This document shows, piece by piece, positions 31,233 through 32,000 of a DNA stretch of 32,000 nt. The notes beneath the pieces are model-generated. The model did no database searches and was not told where the DNA came from. It saw only the letters and a program-made list of their open reading frames with translations. A program made the position numbers and the translations under genes. Origin of the DNA: Oleiharenicola lentus (lineage in GTDB: Bacteria; Verrucomicrobiota; Verrucomicrobiia; Opitutales; Opitutaceae); assembly GCF_051660365.1 (NCBI RefSeq), contig NZ_JBOZXB010000001.1, forward strand, positions 1,191,371-1,223,370. Direction: 5' to 3'. Numbering within the stretch: position 1 is the stretch's first letter; each line of letters opens with the position of its first letter.

Positions 31233-32000
31233 GTCCGGGAAACAGAAGTTTGCGGGGCAGCTACCGCGGCGGCAGCAGGAGTCTTGAGCGCATCATTGAC
31301 CGGCTCCGACAAGAGCTTCGGATAAAAACCAAACACGAGCAGCGCGATAATCAGGATGAGCGCTGGGATTTTTTCACCCCAACTCAAATCGACCGGCGGA
31401 TGTTGCGCCGTCACTTGCTGCAATTTTTCGCTGGCTGGGCCGAAGAACACGCGAGCCGCCGCGCGCAAACCGTAGATCGCAGAAATCACTACACCCGCCA
31501 CCGCCACCGCGGTAATCGCCGGAGAGAAATTCCATAGAGAAACGAAGACCGCGAGTTCGCCCCAGAAGTTGGCAAAGCCTGGAAGTCCGACGCTGGCCAT
31601 CGTCGCCGCCACGAAAAACGCCGCGAGCACGGGAGTCTTTTGCGCCAAGCCGCCCATCTCCGTAAGATCGAACGTGTGCGTGCGATGATGGATGCTCGTG
31701 GCGAGCAGGAAGAGCAGCGCAACCGACAACCCGTGCGCGACCATCAAAAGCACCACGCCACCGACGCCGATGACCGACATCGTCGCGATGCCGAGAAACG
31801 CGTAGCCCATGTGCATCACCGAGCTGTAACCGAGCATCTGTTTCAAGTCGCGTTGGGCGATCGTGACGAAGCCGACCACGAGCACGTTGCCGATGCCGGC
31901 GAGCAGCGCGAGTTTCCACGCCCAGTGTGCCGCACCTTCCGGCAGCAGCGGGAGCGCGATTTGAATGAGACCGTAAAGGCCGAATTTCTTAAGCACGCCC
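31229..32000 (-). CDS. nuoM: NADH-quinone oxidoreductase subunit M, C-terminal part (5' end lies outside the window)
   Basis: LKQMLGYSSVMHMGYAFLGIA... and LGGLAQKTPVLAAFFVAATMASVGLPGFANFWGE are typical NuoM/ND4. The frame stays open to the window edge. Confidence 0.9.
   Translation of the reverse strand, partial: GVLKKFGLYGLIQIALPLLPEGAAHWAWKLALLAGIGNVLVVGFVTIAQRDLKQMLGYSSVMHMGYAFLGIATMSVIGVGGVVLLMVAHGLSVALLFLLATSIHHRTHTFDLTEMGGLAQKTPVLAAFFVAATMASVGLPGFANFWGELAVFVSLWNFSPAITAVAVAGVVISAIYGLRAAARVFFGPASEKLQQVTAQHPPVDLSWGEKIPALILIIALLVFGFYPKLLSEPVNDALKTPAAAAVAAPQTSVSRT

Overview
This is a high-GC bacterial chromosomal window (I estimate upper-50s to about 60% G+C by eye). It is densely coding, and I found no rRNA, tRNA, CRISPR array or recognisable IS/transposase. 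The gene content, including a long two-domain ThyX-like protein and a GxxExxY protein, hints at a PVC/Verrucomicrobia-like organism; that is inference only.

The left 17 kb is an iron-acquisition island. It starts with a flavodoxin-domain gene fragment. Next comes a tightly packed operon of PepSY membrane protein, TonB-dependent receptor, DUF4198, short PepSY-like TM protein, DUF2271, DUF4198 and ApbE, followed by an unknown lipoprotein and Dps. A second TonB-dependent receptor plus PepSY pair follows. The island ends with a small membrane protein, a siderophore-esterase-like hydrolase whose nucleophile Ser codon reads Leu, and a divergent POT-family transporter.

The right 15 kb is mostly housekeeping: a TPR membrane protein, DUF4864, ftsY, nusB-ribH-ribBA, rarA, a comEC-like gene, an EEP-family nuclease/phosphatase, the ThyX-like gene, nuoN and part of nuoM. 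An inverted-repeat-flanked GxxExxY gene sits between ftsY and nusB.

The most interesting system is the DUF2271/ApbE/PepSY-like/DUF4198 module fused to a TonB receptor operon. It looks like an extracytoplasmic flavinylated electron-transfer chain for iron assimilation whose biochemistry is largely undefined. Secondary points:
- a degenerate RibBX-type GTP cyclohydrolase II domain
- the Ser-to-Leu esterase
- terminator-like hairpins that abut start codons
- an orphan ORF or long leader in front of the second receptor
- the split ThyX motifs

All family assignments come from motif recognition by eye. No database search was run.
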